64,000 bases of DNA from a virus. The number at the start of each line of letters is the position of its first letter. Position 1 is the stretch's first letter. Positions 45,506 to 54,734 of this stretch are shown piece by piece. The stretch spans positions 32,001 through 96,000 of the IMG/VR virus record IMGVR_UViG_3300023202_000336. One strand, 5' to 3'. A model generated the notes under the pieces. That model searched no databases, was not told where the DNA came from, and saw only the letters and a list, made by a program, of their open reading frames with translations. A program made the translations under genes and the position numbers.

Positions 45506-46317
45506 CCATTCGTCCGGAAAAAAGAGGGCCGTTTCGCAGGTTGACCGTCGACGCCCATTTCAACGCGATCGTTGAAAACCGGGTGCTCGTCGAGTGGGCG
45601 CTGAACAGAGAGTTTGACAATCCAGGGCCGTACAAGTTCACGCTCTTTCGTGGTTTCGCGGTGAACGATGACAACTTCATTCCGGTATCTGAAACGATCG
45701 ATCAGCCTTGGCTCTACGATAACAATCCGGCGAGGCCGGCGAAGGGAACCGACGTTTTTTACCGGGTAACGCTCGAGGACGGAAACGGAGACGTTTTTAC
45801 TTCGCAGGCGGTATCTGCCGGGACCAACTGGGAGCGTTACGACTGGACGCTTGCTCGGGAGATCATTCGTAAGGAGTCGCTGCTCCTAGCGAAACGGACC
45901 GGTACCGATGGGTTTCTTCTGAAGCGGCGGGTATTTGGAGACAGGTGCCCGTGTACCGATCCGGAGACACTTCGGACAGTCGATCCTGATTGCGACCAGT
46001 GCTTCGGTACCGGTATTCTCGGTGGATACTATGATCCCGTCCGTTACCCGGTTTCGATGAATCCGGTGCAACGGATCAAGAAGCTCAATCAGGACACGGG
46101 GCTTCAGTCTCAGATTATCGAGACAGTGCGTGCCTTGGCGCACCCTCGGCCGTCTCAGAACGACGTCTGGGTTCATCGATTTACCGATCAGCGATATATT
46201 GTACAACCAGATATCGTAGCGATCGCGCGTCACCGTGGCGTCGATCTCATCCTCAATCTTCGTCTCGAGGAACGAGCCCGTTCCGAGTCGATTTACGACA
46301 TCCCGGTGCCATGCTAG
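45502..46317 (+). CDS. Head-closure/neck protein with CxC..CxxC motif
   Basis: Start ATG 45502 (ATGA overlap); GDRCPC..PDCDQCFGTGILGGY. Confidence 0.55.
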   Translation: MTIRPEKRGPFRRLTVDAHFNAIVENRVLVEWALNREFDNPGPYKFTLFRGFAVNDDNFIPVSETIDQPWLYDNNPARPAKGTDVFYRVTLEDGNGDVFTSQAVSAGTNWERYDWTLAREIIRKESLLLAKRTGTDGFLLKRRVFGDRCPCTDPETLRTVDPDCDQCFGTGILGGYYDPVRYPVSMNPVQRIKKLNQDTGLQSQIIETVRALAHPRPSQNDVWVHRFTDQRYIVQPDIVAIARHRGVDLILNLRLEERARSESIYDIPVPC

Positions 46318-46448
46318 AAGACGTTATCATTCGTCGTAGAAAAGGTGAGAAGCCGAGAGAGAAGGAGGAGCGGCCGGTAGTAGCCCCGCGGCCCGCTCGC
46401 CCACTCATCTCTCGTACGTATGGACCCCTTCGTCGCGTGAGATTCTGA
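46311..46448 (+). CDS. Small basic protein (45 aa; not in supplied ORF track)
   Basis: MLEDVIIRRRKGEKPREKEERPVVAPRPARPLISRTYGPLRRVRF; fills the gap exactly, with TGATG coupling to the next gene. Confidence 0.5.
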   Translation: MLEDVIIRRRKGEKPREKEERPVVAPRPARPLISRTYGPLRRVRF

Positions 46449-47272
46449 TGACAAAACGTGACGACGGAAACGAACAGGACCTCCGGATACGGAATGACCT
46501 CGACGCGAAGCCGCTCGATGATGACAACCCATTTACCGGTACTATTCCTGAGGGGAAAGATCCCTGCGTCGACGGGCACGGTGATCAGACTGATATCCCC
46601 CCTCCTGAGCCCGAGCCGGGTGATGAGATCCTTTATAACTGGGCTGATATCTCAGAGGTATGTCCTGACGGCTTCTCGATAGATACGCTCGATCTCTTCA
46701 TGATACGTCTCATGAAGAACCATTTCTCGTCTGCCGACAAGATCTTCGATCCCGAGCTCAAGTCATTGGTTTTCTCTGAAGACTCTGGCGAGACGGGAAT
46801 CCGGATTGTATTCAATACGAACTGGGACGCCGAGAACGTCGGGTTTCTTCCGGCGATCATCGTCAAGCGTCTCCGTCAGCGGTCACCGCAGCACTCGGTG
46901 ATCGGCGACCGGGGTGAAACGAGCGATCTCGCCGCTGGGACTGAGCGCTTCGTACGTCATTATCAAGGCGGGCATCGCTTTCTCGTGATGGGCGAGACCG
47001 ATGCTCAGACAGAAGCGATCGCGAAAGAGCTCCACTTCTTTCTCACCTGCTTTAGCCCCATTTTCCGCTCGGAACTCCCGTTCCACGACTTCCAGGTAAC
47101 CGATCTCGGTGAGCTCGGTCTCCTCGATGGGACTGGGAATACGTTCGCCGTCCCCGTCCAGGTCGTTTACGCTTACGAGTTCGCCTGGACAATCCAGCGG
47201 ACTCGCCGAGACTTGAGGGGCGTTCGGATTTCTCTGACGACCAACCTTTCGTCGGATCCGACGAGGAGTTAA
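46448..47272 (+). CDS. Tail terminator/completion protein (putative)
   Basis: Position directly before sheath; PAIIVKR..HRFLV pattern. Confidence 0.5.
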   Translation: MTKRDDGNEQDLRIRNDLDAKPLDDDNPFTGTIPEGKDPCVDGHGDQTDIPPPEPEPGDEILYNWADISEVCPDGFSIDTLDLFMIRLMKNHFSSADKIFDPELKSLVFSEDSGETGIRIVFNTNWDAENVGFLPAIIVKRLRQRSPQHSVIGDRGETSDLAAGTERFVRHYQGGHRFLVMGETDAQTEAIAKELHFFLTCFSPIFRSELPFHDFQVTDLGELGLLDGTGNTFAVPVQVVYAYEFAWTIQRTRRDLRGVRISLTTNLSSDPTRS

Positions 47273-47274
47273 TC

Positions 47275-49290
47275 GTGGCTGTATGCGCTCCTGTTGAGAG
47301 AGAATCGCTTCTGAGCAACTTCCTCGAGATGCCGGGGGAGCTGGTCGATGATCTGCGCACCATTATCGTCGGTCCCGATTACGCTTCTCGGAAGCACGAT
47401 GTCGAGTCTTCGACGAATCTCGTAGGAGCCTACGACGAGACGGCAGGTACCAGCAGCGCGTGGCCGAACCTTCAGAGTGACGAAACGGTCGATTTGACCA
47501 CAGCGAAGGTCTTCATAGCGAACGCGCTCGTGAACTACTACGCCGATACCGCACCTGCCCCCGGCGCAACTGAAGGTGCTCAGAGCGGTACGACTCCGAG
47601 CGCAATCATTCACGATAGTGGAAATACGATCTGGACTGGTTCGAGCTTCACTCCAGCGCTGAATATACCTGTCGAGGTTGGCGACTACGTGAAGTTGGAC
47701 GACGAGGGCGGAAACGTTCTCGAAACGAGAGTCGCAGGATTCGACTCATCCGGCTCAGACCCGGATATCCTCATCCTCGAGGACAACCTCCCTACCGCAC
47801 TTACCGGTGGCGCGAACTTCAACGTGATTCTCGCAGAGATCGTTGATGAGATCGAGCTCGATAGTACCGACGTTACGTTGGCTGCATCGACGGTTCAGGC
47901 GGACGCCGGTATTACCGCTTCGACCGACCGCACAGGATCGACGTCCTACCCCGTTATCGGAGGGACCGATTTTTCGGATGTATTCACTGATTACCGAGCG
48001 ATCCGTGATACGAACGAGAATACCGTAATCTCGGTTCGAGAGCCTTCCGAGCTCGGCTCGTTCTTCGTCGGTTACGAGAATCCCGATTCCGAGCTCGGGT
48101 TCGCGGTTGCGCGAGCACTCGCACCGGTCACGGATCCTCCGACCTCGAACCCGCCTGCGGTACTGTTTATTGCGCTTCAGTCGGACGACCTTGCCGGCTA
48201 TCAGGAAGCGTTTAGTCGTATACGTAATCGACGTGACTGGTACATAGTTGCCCCACTTACCGAGGACATCAGCGTGATCGGTGAGTTGACGACGTTGCTT
48301 TCGCAACGGAGCCTGCTTGACCTTACCAGCCATGGAATGGTCTCGCAGTCGCTGACGCTCGAGACCATCCTCGTATCCGGGGCTGGAAACACCGTGAACG
48401 TCGATGACTCGTTGACTTCTGGTGAGGATCGGACGGTAACGAGAGACGGAGGTATCACCGATCCGTTTGCTGACGCGATAGCAGGCGACATCGTTCAGAT
48501 CGCTGGCACTGATTTCACGATCGAGTCGGTCGTAAGTAACCAAACGGTAATTATTACCTCTCCCACTACGTCCGGTCCTGGGCAGACGCTCAACAACGTC
48601 CGTCATCCACTCTCGTTCGAGGAGCAGGCGGAAGATTACGGGCAGCGCGCTTCGGCTTTCATGAATCGTAATCTTTCCGTGATTTTCCCTCCGGACCCGC
48701 AATGGAACGGGGAAGTCGTCGAAGGCTATCTTTTCGCGGCAGCGACGGCAGGTATTCGCGGGTACACGATGCCGCATCAGAGTATCGTCGGTACGCTCTT
48801 CGAAAGTGGATGGTCGGTCCCTCAGTCTGCGGGCGAGTTCCTCCCGTTCCTGGATGACCTTGCTGCGGACGGTGTTTTCGTGATCGAGGAGTGCGAATCT
48901 CTCCCGGGGAATGCAGTTATTCGCGATGGGAACAATACCGACCAGAGCTCGACGATTGCATCGAAAGAAAGCCTGACGGCAAATTCCGATGCAGTACGGC
49001 GCTTCTATCGCGGACGGCTCGGAGCTTTCAGTGGTAAGAACAAGATAACGGTCGCGTTGATCAACACGCTGCGAGCGGAAGCAATTGGTGCCGGCGAGTT
49101 CCTGATGACCTCCACCAGAGTGAAACCTTTCGGGAGCGTAATCATAGAGCACGTGGTCGGCGCGCTGACGCAGGATCCTGTGAACATTACGAAGCTGATC
49201 ATTCCGATTACAGTGACGATTACGCCGAGCTTGGAAGATGTGGACGTTAGTATCACTATTCTGACCGAGTTTGCGACGGCGGTAGTATAG
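47275..49290 (+). CDS. Tail sheath protein
   Basis: 671 aa, GTG start, C-terminal sheath-like region (AATAGIRG..PHQ..LAADGVFVI..IRDG), followed by a tube-sized gene. Confidence 0.72.
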   Translation: MAVCAPVERESLLSNFLEMPGELVDDLRTIIVGPDYASRKHDVESSTNLVGAYDETAGTSSAWPNLQSDETVDLTTAKVFIANALVNYYADTAPAPGATEGAQSGTTPSAIIHDSGNTIWTGSSFTPALNIPVEVGDYVKLDDEGGNVLETRVAGFDSSGSDPDILILEDNLPTALTGGANFNVILAEIVDEIELDSTDVTLAASTVQADAGITASTDRTGSTSYPVIGGTDFSDVFTDYRAIRDTNENTVISVREPSELGSFFVGYENPDSELGFAVARALAPVTDPPTSNPPAVLFIALQSDDLAGYQEAFSRIRNRRDWYIVAPLTEDISVIGELTTLLSQRSLLDLTSHGMVSQSLTLETILVSGAGNTVNVDDSLTSGEDRTVTRDGGITDPFADAIAGDIVQIAGTDFTIESVVSNQTVIITSPTTSGPGQTLNNVRHPLSFEEQAEDYGQRASAFMNRNLSVIFPPDPQWNGEVVEGYLFAAATAGIRGYTMPHQSIVGTLFESGWSVPQSAGEFLPFLDDLAADGVFVIEECESLPGNAVIRDGNNTDQSSTIASKESLTANSDAVRRFYRGRLGAFSGKNKITVALINTLRAEAIGAGEFLMTSTRVKPFGSVIIEHVVGALTQDPVNITKLIIPITVTITPSLEDVDVSITILTEFATAVV

Positions 49291-49300
49291 GGAGCCGTAG

Positions 49301-49738
49301 ATGGCTGACGCAACTTGTTCTGAACACCGACTCGAGGGTACGATTCGTGGGACGAATTTTACCATCGAAGGAATCGATGACGCTGCGGCGGGGCTCGTTC
49401 AGAGCTTTCAGCTTCAGTTCAAGAGAGAGCTCGCAAGGATCTACGATCTTGCCGATCCTGGGTTCTACTACATTGAGGGGCCGAGCGAGGGGAGAGTTGG
49501 GTTCAGTAAAATCGTTGGCCCGAAAGGTGCTCCGAAACTGACGTGCGACTGTGAGCCGAGAACGCTCGTACTCAATGCTGGCGAGACGATCTGTTTTCCG
49601 GAACCGACCGCTGCCCAGATCGAAGGAGCGACGTACACTCTTCTCAACGCGCTCCCGTTTGGCATTAGTGGTCAGGGAAACTCGAATAACTTTTTGATCA
49701 GTTTTAGCATAAGCTATCTCTTCAGCGATTTAAGGTAG
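49301..49738 (+). CDS. Tail tube protein
   Basis: 145 aa; LVQSFQLQFKRELARIYDL..FYYIEGPSEG pattern; follows sheath. Confidence 0.7.
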   Translation: MADATCSEHRLEGTIRGTNFTIEGIDDAAAGLVQSFQLQFKRELARIYDLADPGFYYIEGPSEGRVGFSKIVGPKGAPKLTCDCEPRTLVLNAGETICFPEPTAAQIEGATYTLLNALPFGISGQGNSNNFLISFSISYLFSDLR

Positions 49739-49745
49739 TGCCGTT

Positions 49746-52310
49746 GTGGCAACGTTCGGACAGAACGTAGGAGATCAGCAAGGCGCTGGGAACTCGGGTA
49801 ACGTCGGGCCCGGACAGCCTCCATCTACCGATTTTAATTTTCCGAGATATACCGATCTCGGCAGGTTTCCTCAGCCGCTCTACGTTCTTCGTGGAACCAT
49901 TCTCGCCGCGTTTCAGGGCCTGCAGTATTACGAGGTAGCAACCGATCACGGCCGTTACTTCGCGATCTACCGTGGAAGCAGCCGTGGTCAGATCGGTGCG
50001 ATGGAATCGGCCGGGTTTCTTCCTGGCGAGCAGGTTTGGATTGCGGTCGCCCCATCTCTTGGATCGTTTAACGGCGTTATCATCGGAGCAGCGAGTCACG
50101 CGCTCGCGGGCGATTTTCGTCAGGCGATCCCACTGACCGTTTTCCCGCAGGTAGCCGGGTTAGAAGTACAGGGCGGGGACGAGGGTTCGGGCGGAAGCGC
50201 CCGCATGTCCGGCCAGCTTCTCGCCGAACTTCCGCTACTGAGAAACTACAATAGCGGCATTCTCGATTCGGTCGACAGCGACTGGATGATGCATAACGCC
50301 ATCGGCGGTGCACTTGCCGTCGAGGCGTTCCGTACGTATCTTCAGGGCGGCCCGATGTCGGGCATCTACTGTTATAGCGACGGCGATCATACCCGGGTCG
50401 TTGGAAGTCGTTACGAGCTGATTACGTTCGCTGAAGAATACGAGGATCGTCAGCTTGGGCCGAACATCGTTCAGGTTGGCCGAAAAGTTTATTATCCGAT
50501 GGACGCTATCTACGAAAACGTTCCTCAGCGTCTTCGTGTGAGCGGCCCTGCGTACGGAGGTCACCAAGAGTTCCACTCCTACCGTGATAAAGATAATCTG
50601 GAAGACGAGGCTCCCGGGACGTTTGATCGTATTGCGTTGCTGCATGAATACCGCGGTCTCGATGGTGCTTACGTCCTTACGTCTGCGCATTCCATCACGC
50701 TTCAGAAGCGCGTCGGTGTTCGCGTTCCGATCGAGATCCTTGAGGGTGAAGTTGAGGAAGAAGAGGAAGATGGTGAAGAAGATGGTGAAGAAGAAGAGCT
50801 CACTCTTGAGGAGCAGGCCGAACAGTTCGGGATAGATACCGACGGGTTAACTGAAGAAGAAATACAGCAAGAGATTACCGAGGCTCGGAATCTTGCCCGT
50901 TGTGAACCAGCGGATCCAGAATTCTCGCCGAACAAGCCGGTCGACGGTGGAAGCGTCTACGCAACCGTTGTCCAGAGTCTTCGGATAAATACCGATCCGG
51001 AAGATACGAAGGATCCTCTCGAGTTCGCGATGAACTCTCGGAGCCTCGCCGACCGCATCGTCGACTGGCAGGCGCGCGGAGGGCTCGACGGTCTTACGGC
51101 TCAGTGGCGTCAGGGCCAGAAGCCGACGAAGATTTTTGATGAGGACGAGCAGCCGAAGGATTCGCTCATCGGTTGCGATCCTGGAATGTGGAAATGCGTT
51201 CCCAAGTCATTCACGCTCAACCTCGACCCGTATACAGCGAGTAAGCGGTACTTCCTCGGGAGAGCTATATTCACTATCACGGAAGATGGGAGCGTCGTCA
51301 TACAGGACGCGCAGGGTAGTCAGATAATGATGTCCGGAGGGAATATCTACCTCTCCGCACAGCACGACATTATTCAAGTGGCGGGCCGTAATAAGCTCGA
51401 CGTCGCCGGACGAGATATGGGTCACCGTGCTGGCCGTCATCTCGACCAGCAGGCGAATGAAGGCCGGATTACACAGGCTTCTGGTTCACAGATGTCGATC
51501 GTGGCGGGTATGGACGGCCACGGTGGCATTTTGATGGAATCGAGAGGCCAGCATTCGAGTACGGTCGATACCGGCGAGCTTCCCGCTACCGGCGGCGGTA
51601 TCATCATGCGCTCGAAGCACTTCATTGGGATGCGTGCGACGAACATTTCGATGAAGGCTCGTGGACCGACTGGGTGGTCCGCGCGCGAAGGTGGGAGCGG
51701 GATGATCACGCTCGATGCGGGAGATCTCGTAGCCTGGAGAGCGAAGAACGATCAGTTCTTCGGAAGTTTCGGGGCACAGATCATAGCTAAGCTTGAGAGC
51801 GCCGGAAACTCTACCGGAAAGATCGTGCTCGGTGCAAACTCGATGCTTGGACGTCTGCATGTCGTAAACGAATTGATCTATAAGCGTCTTCTCCATCAGA
51901 ACAGCGGTACCGAGTCGTTCGATGAGAAGCGCATTTTTGATCTTCTGAATTTCCTCGATGAGTATCTCAAGTCGCAGCTCGAGTACGAGAATCATCCTCT
52001 CGAGATCGGAGAAGACTACGAGCCTCGGTTCCTGGATTCGGCGCAGTATACGCTGCCGAGAAGTCAGTTCTTTACGCTCCCGCAGCCTGAGTGGGAGATC
52101 CGGTCGGTGAATCGTTTCGAGGGTAACTCGACCATGCTGAACGCGTTTATGATCGACACTCAGCTGAACGGATCGATCGCGTTCCCTGGGACCGAGGCCT
52201 GGAAGGTGACGCGAAACGAAATCTCTGAGCCCGACTATGGTGACGAACCGACCGTTGGTACGACTTTCAATCAGGTAGGCGCAAGCGGAGGCCTGAGAAA
52301 GGGGATCTGA
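49746..52310 (+). CDS. Baseplate central spike (gp5/VgrG-like OB fold plus beta-helix)
   Basis: N-terminal PGEQVWI OB-like region; repetitive beta-strand run GSQIMMSGGNIYLSAQHDIIQVAGRNKLDVAGRD; internal acidic insert. Confidence 0.6.
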   Translation: MATFGQNVGDQQGAGNSGNVGPGQPPSTDFNFPRYTDLGRFPQPLYVLRGTILAAFQGLQYYEVATDHGRYFAIYRGSSRGQIGAMESAGFLPGEQVWIAVAPSLGSFNGVIIGAASHALAGDFRQAIPLTVFPQVAGLEVQGGDEGSGGSARMSGQLLAELPLLRNYNSGILDSVDSDWMMHNAIGGALAVEAFRTYLQGGPMSGIYCYSDGDHTRVVGSRYELITFAEEYEDRQLGPNIVQVGRKVYYPMDAIYENVPQRLRVSGPAYGGHQEFHSYRDKDNLEDEAPGTFDRIALLHEYRGLDGAYVLTSAHSITLQKRVGVRVPIEILEGEVEEEEEDGEEDGEEEELTLEEQAEQFGIDTDGLTEEEIQQEITEARNLARCEPADPEFSPNKPVDGGSVYATVVQSLRINTDPEDTKDPLEFAMNSRSLADRIVDWQARGGLDGLTAQWRQGQKPTKIFDEDEQPKDSLIGCDPGMWKCVPKSFTLNLDPYTASKRYFLGRAIFTITEDGSVVIQDAQGSQIMMSGGNIYLSAQHDIIQVAGRNKLDVAGRDMGHRAGRHLDQQANEGRITQASGSQMSIVAGMDGHGGILMESRGQHSSTVDTGELPATGGGIIMRSKHFIGMRATNISMKARGPTGWSAREGGSGMITLDAGDLVAWRAKNDQFFGSFGAQIIAKLESAGNSTGKIVLGANSMLGRLHVVNELIYKRLLHQNSGTESFDEKRIFDLLNFLDEYLKSQLEYENHPLEIGEDYEPRFLDSAQYTLPRSQFFTLPQPEWEIRSVNRFEGNSTMLNAFMIDTQLNGSIAFPGTEAWKVTRNEISEPDYGDEPTVGTTFNQVGASGGLRKGI

Positions 52311-52999
52311 TGAGCATGAGTGACGAGCAACTTCAGGAACTGGCGATTGGTACGCCGAGTGACGAGCAACTTCAGGAACTGGCGATTGGTACGCCGAACG
52401 AATCTTCGCAGGAGAAAGAAGACCCTCTGAAGGATATGCCTGACCCCGAGCCGCATGTAGTCGAACGGGCTCAGAAACTCGTTGATGACATGCAGCAAGG
52501 AAAGAAATTCTCGCAAGTTATCGATAGCGAAAAGAAAGAGAAGAAGCGGGCGGAGAAATCTGACGATATTCCTAAGAAGAGCCGTGTCGAGTTTCTCGCA
52601 CACATCCTCGAGGGTGTTCCGTTCAGAAAGACCTATGAGTTCTTCGACAGGAAGTTCACGGTTACATTCCGAACGCTCTCGAAGAGCGAAGAGGCGCAGC
52701 TCCTTAAGATCATAGCTGCTGAGGAAGTGCCGCAGCCGCAACAGGAGCAGGTCTTCTTCCAGCTCCTGCTCGCCGCCTCTATCGAGTCGTATACGGTCGA
52801 AGGCAAGAAGCACCGTATCGCGATATTCGGCACTGTAGCTCCCGAGGAAGACCCGCTCGAACGGTATCGGGAGTGGATGACTGAGACGAGCCGCGAGCGT
52901 TATCAGATTCTTAAGAGGGCTCATAAGCAGTTCCGTCGATTGCTTGCGATTATGATCGAGGAGGCAGGAAGCCCGGATTTTTGGAAGTCCCTCTCGTAG
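52310..52999 (+). CDS. Tail assembly chaperone (G-like)
   Basis: FRKTYEFFDRKFTVTFRTLSKSEE pattern; ends with a slippery site overlapping a -1 frame ORF. Confidence 0.62.
   Translation: MSMSDEQLQELAIGTPSDEQLQELAIGTPNESSQEKEDPLKDMPDPEPHVVERAQKLVDDMQQGKKFSQVIDSEKKEKKRAEKSDDIPKKSRVEFLAHILEGVPFRKTYEFFDRKFTVTFRTLSKSEEAQLLKIIAAEEVPQPQQEQVFFQLLLAASIESYTVEGKKHRIAIFGTVAPEEDPLERYREWMTETSRERYQILKRAHKQFRRLLAIMIEEAGSPDFWKSLS
52319..52396 (+). repeat. Perfect 39-bp tandem duplication (SDEQLQELAIGTP x2)
   Basis: AGTGACGAGCAACTTCAGGAACTGGCGATTGGTACGCCG twice. Confidence 0.92.
52958..52981 (+). promoter_or_regulatory. Putative -1 programmed frameshift site (G_GAT_TTT at 52975-52981) with upstream SD-like GAGGAGG
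   Basis: Heptamer is in the chaperone reading frame, the -1 frame stays open to 53373, and the SD-like element lies 10 nt upstream. Confidence 0.55.
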
Positions 53000-53373
53000 C
53001 GGCCGTTCTTCGAGCCGTTTCGAGAGGGCTTCTCGATCTGAGAAGCTATGAGGATTCGCCGCGGTGGTGGGCCGGATTCACGCTGAAGCTCCGTATGGCG
53101 CGATTTGGTGTTCTTGCGGAGAAGTCGCGTCTCGAGGCTCAGTGCGAGTCTTCGCTGATCCCGCTCTCGAAGGGGTCGTTCGGGAGAGCTGAGCGCGCTG
53201 AAAAGCTGAGAAATGCCGTAAGTCGCTTCGAAGAGGCGCTGAGTTTCCGTGAGTCCGAGGCGTTGCAGGAGGGTGACGAACTCGACCTTCTGGCGAAATG
53301 GTATATCATTAACGCACCAGATAGGTTACGTAAGTTAGGGGTAGATTTTGGCTCTCTTGTATCCGATCGTTAG
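52981..53373 (+). CDS. Tail assembly chaperone T-like extension (probably expressed as G-T fusion)
   Basis: -1 frame ORF overlapping the chaperone end; only a TTG start is available. Confidence 0.58.
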   Translation: MEVPLVAAVLRAVSRGLLDLRSYEDSPRWWAGFTLKLRMARFGVLAEKSRLEAQCESSLIPLSKGSFGRAERAEKLRNAVSRFEEALSFRESEALQEGDELDLLAKWYIINAPDRLRKLGVDFGSLVSDR

Positions 53374-53803
53374 TTTCGATGATGACGACGATGAGGAAGA
53401 TCTCGGCGATAGTCCGTTCGATTTTTTCGAAGAAGATTCCGGCGACGACCCTTTTGTTGATTCCGAGAACTTTTTTACCCCTCTCGACGAGGATCCGGGA
53501 ATGAGCGTAGATATCTTTCCCGACGACGCCGATGAAGGTATTCCAGATCTGGCGATCGATTCGTTGACGAGCGTGAGCTCGTTCGGAGAAGGGGCTGCCG
53601 GGATCTTCGGACGTGACCTCTTCGGTGACGAGGATGAGACTGCCGAGGGGCTGAGGGTCGCCGAGAACGATATCGGGCATACGCTCCAGGAGGAGGGAAG
53701 TGCAGAAGCGGTAGAGGCGCTTGTTCGTAAGAACATCGCCGATTCGTACGGGGCGCTCCCTGTTTCACGTGGAACACTTCGTTCCGGATCCGGTGTTGGC
53801 TGA
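53348..53803 (+). CDS. Extremely acidic hypothetical protein
   Basis: 151 aa, TTG start, D/E/F-rich N-half, TGATG coupling to the next gene. Confidence 0.58.
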   Translation: MALLYPIVSFDDDDDEEDLGDSPFDFFEEDSGDDPFVDSENFFTPLDEDPGMSVDIFPDDADEGIPDLAIDSLTSVSSFGEGAAGIFGRDLFGDEDETAEGLRVAENDIGHTLQEEGSAEAVEALVRKNIADSYGALPVSRGTLRSGSGVG

Positions 53804-54282
53804 TGGCGACGGTAGTAGGTTGCAGCGGCGGCGCGGGCCGCATCATCGCGATCGACTCTCAGGAGGCGACGACACTGACTGTCGGGCTGAGTTATGCCGG
53901 CGGCGACGATGCAGAAGCGACCGAGGATCTTGTGAGGCTGGGTATCGTTACCCAGGTACAGGCTGCACAGAACATCGCGGCTCAGTTCCAGAACGCGCTG
54001 ACCGATGCGATTTACGTAACTCCGTTCGGCGACCTCCCGGGGACGGTACGAGTAAGCTTCGTCACCAATAGGACCTGCAACAAGGACGAAGAGGTTCCAC
54101 TCGACGCAATTCAGCACTACCTCAATCGCCGCCTTCTTCCGGGAAGGAATCTCGTCGCAGCGACGATCACGATCGGATCTGGTACGTTTCGAGGCTATCT
54201 GGTGGCCCTGCTGATTAACGGGAGTTCTCAGGGAACGCCGATTGTGAACTCGACGCTGGTATTCAAGGCGTGGCCACAATGA
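53803..54282 (+). CDS. Tube-initiator/baseplate tube-like protein (putative)
   Basis: DAIYVTPFGDLPGTVRVSF..FRGYL pattern. Confidence 0.5.
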   Translation: MATVVGCSGGAGRIIAIDSQEATTLTVGLSYAGGDDAEATEDLVRLGIVTQVQAAQNIAAQFQNALTDAIYVTPFGDLPGTVRVSFVTNRTCNKDEEVPLDAIQHYLNRRLLPGRNLVAATITIGSGTFRGYLVALLINGSSQGTPIVNSTLVFKAWPQ

Positions 54283-54734
54283 TCAATTCGTTTCTCGTGA
54301 CGCTTCACAACTCGGAGACGCAGCCGACGAATCCTTCATCGGAGGTAGGCGACGTGCTCTGGCCGGATACGTATCTGCCGAAAACATTCAATACCGATGA
54401 GGCGATTGCCGAGAAGATACTCTTCGATGGCGAGGCAGACGCTCTCCGTCATTTTCTGAGAGCAATCCAGATGCTGTGGGTTGTTGAGAACAGTGTTCAC
54501 GCCAACACAATCTTTCAGGATGACCCGAGAACCTCTTATACGCAGGAGCAACTCGAGGGGCAGTTCAAGGGGACCGTACTCGAAAAGCAGCAGATCAGCC
54601 GTATTCTCGGCTGCATCGACAAGATTCCGGCGACGAAGTTCCTGAGCGGCGAGCTTCTTGAGACGTTTCGTTTCGCGCTTTCGCCGATGGATCGTCTCGC
54701 GGCTGTGATCGCTCATTTCGGGAAGCGACCGTGA
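54270..54734 (+). CDS. Hypothetical tail/baseplate protein
   Basis: 154-aa ORF (start may be ATG 54279), GTGA overlap with the next gene. Confidence 0.6.
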   Translation: MATMINSFLVTLHNSETQPTNPSSEVGDVLWPDTYLPKTFNTDEAIAEKILFDGEADALRHFLRAIQMLWVVENSVHANTIFQDDPRTSYTQEQLEGQFKGTVLEKQQISRILGCIDKIPATKFLSGELLETFRFALSPMDRLAAVIAHFGKRP

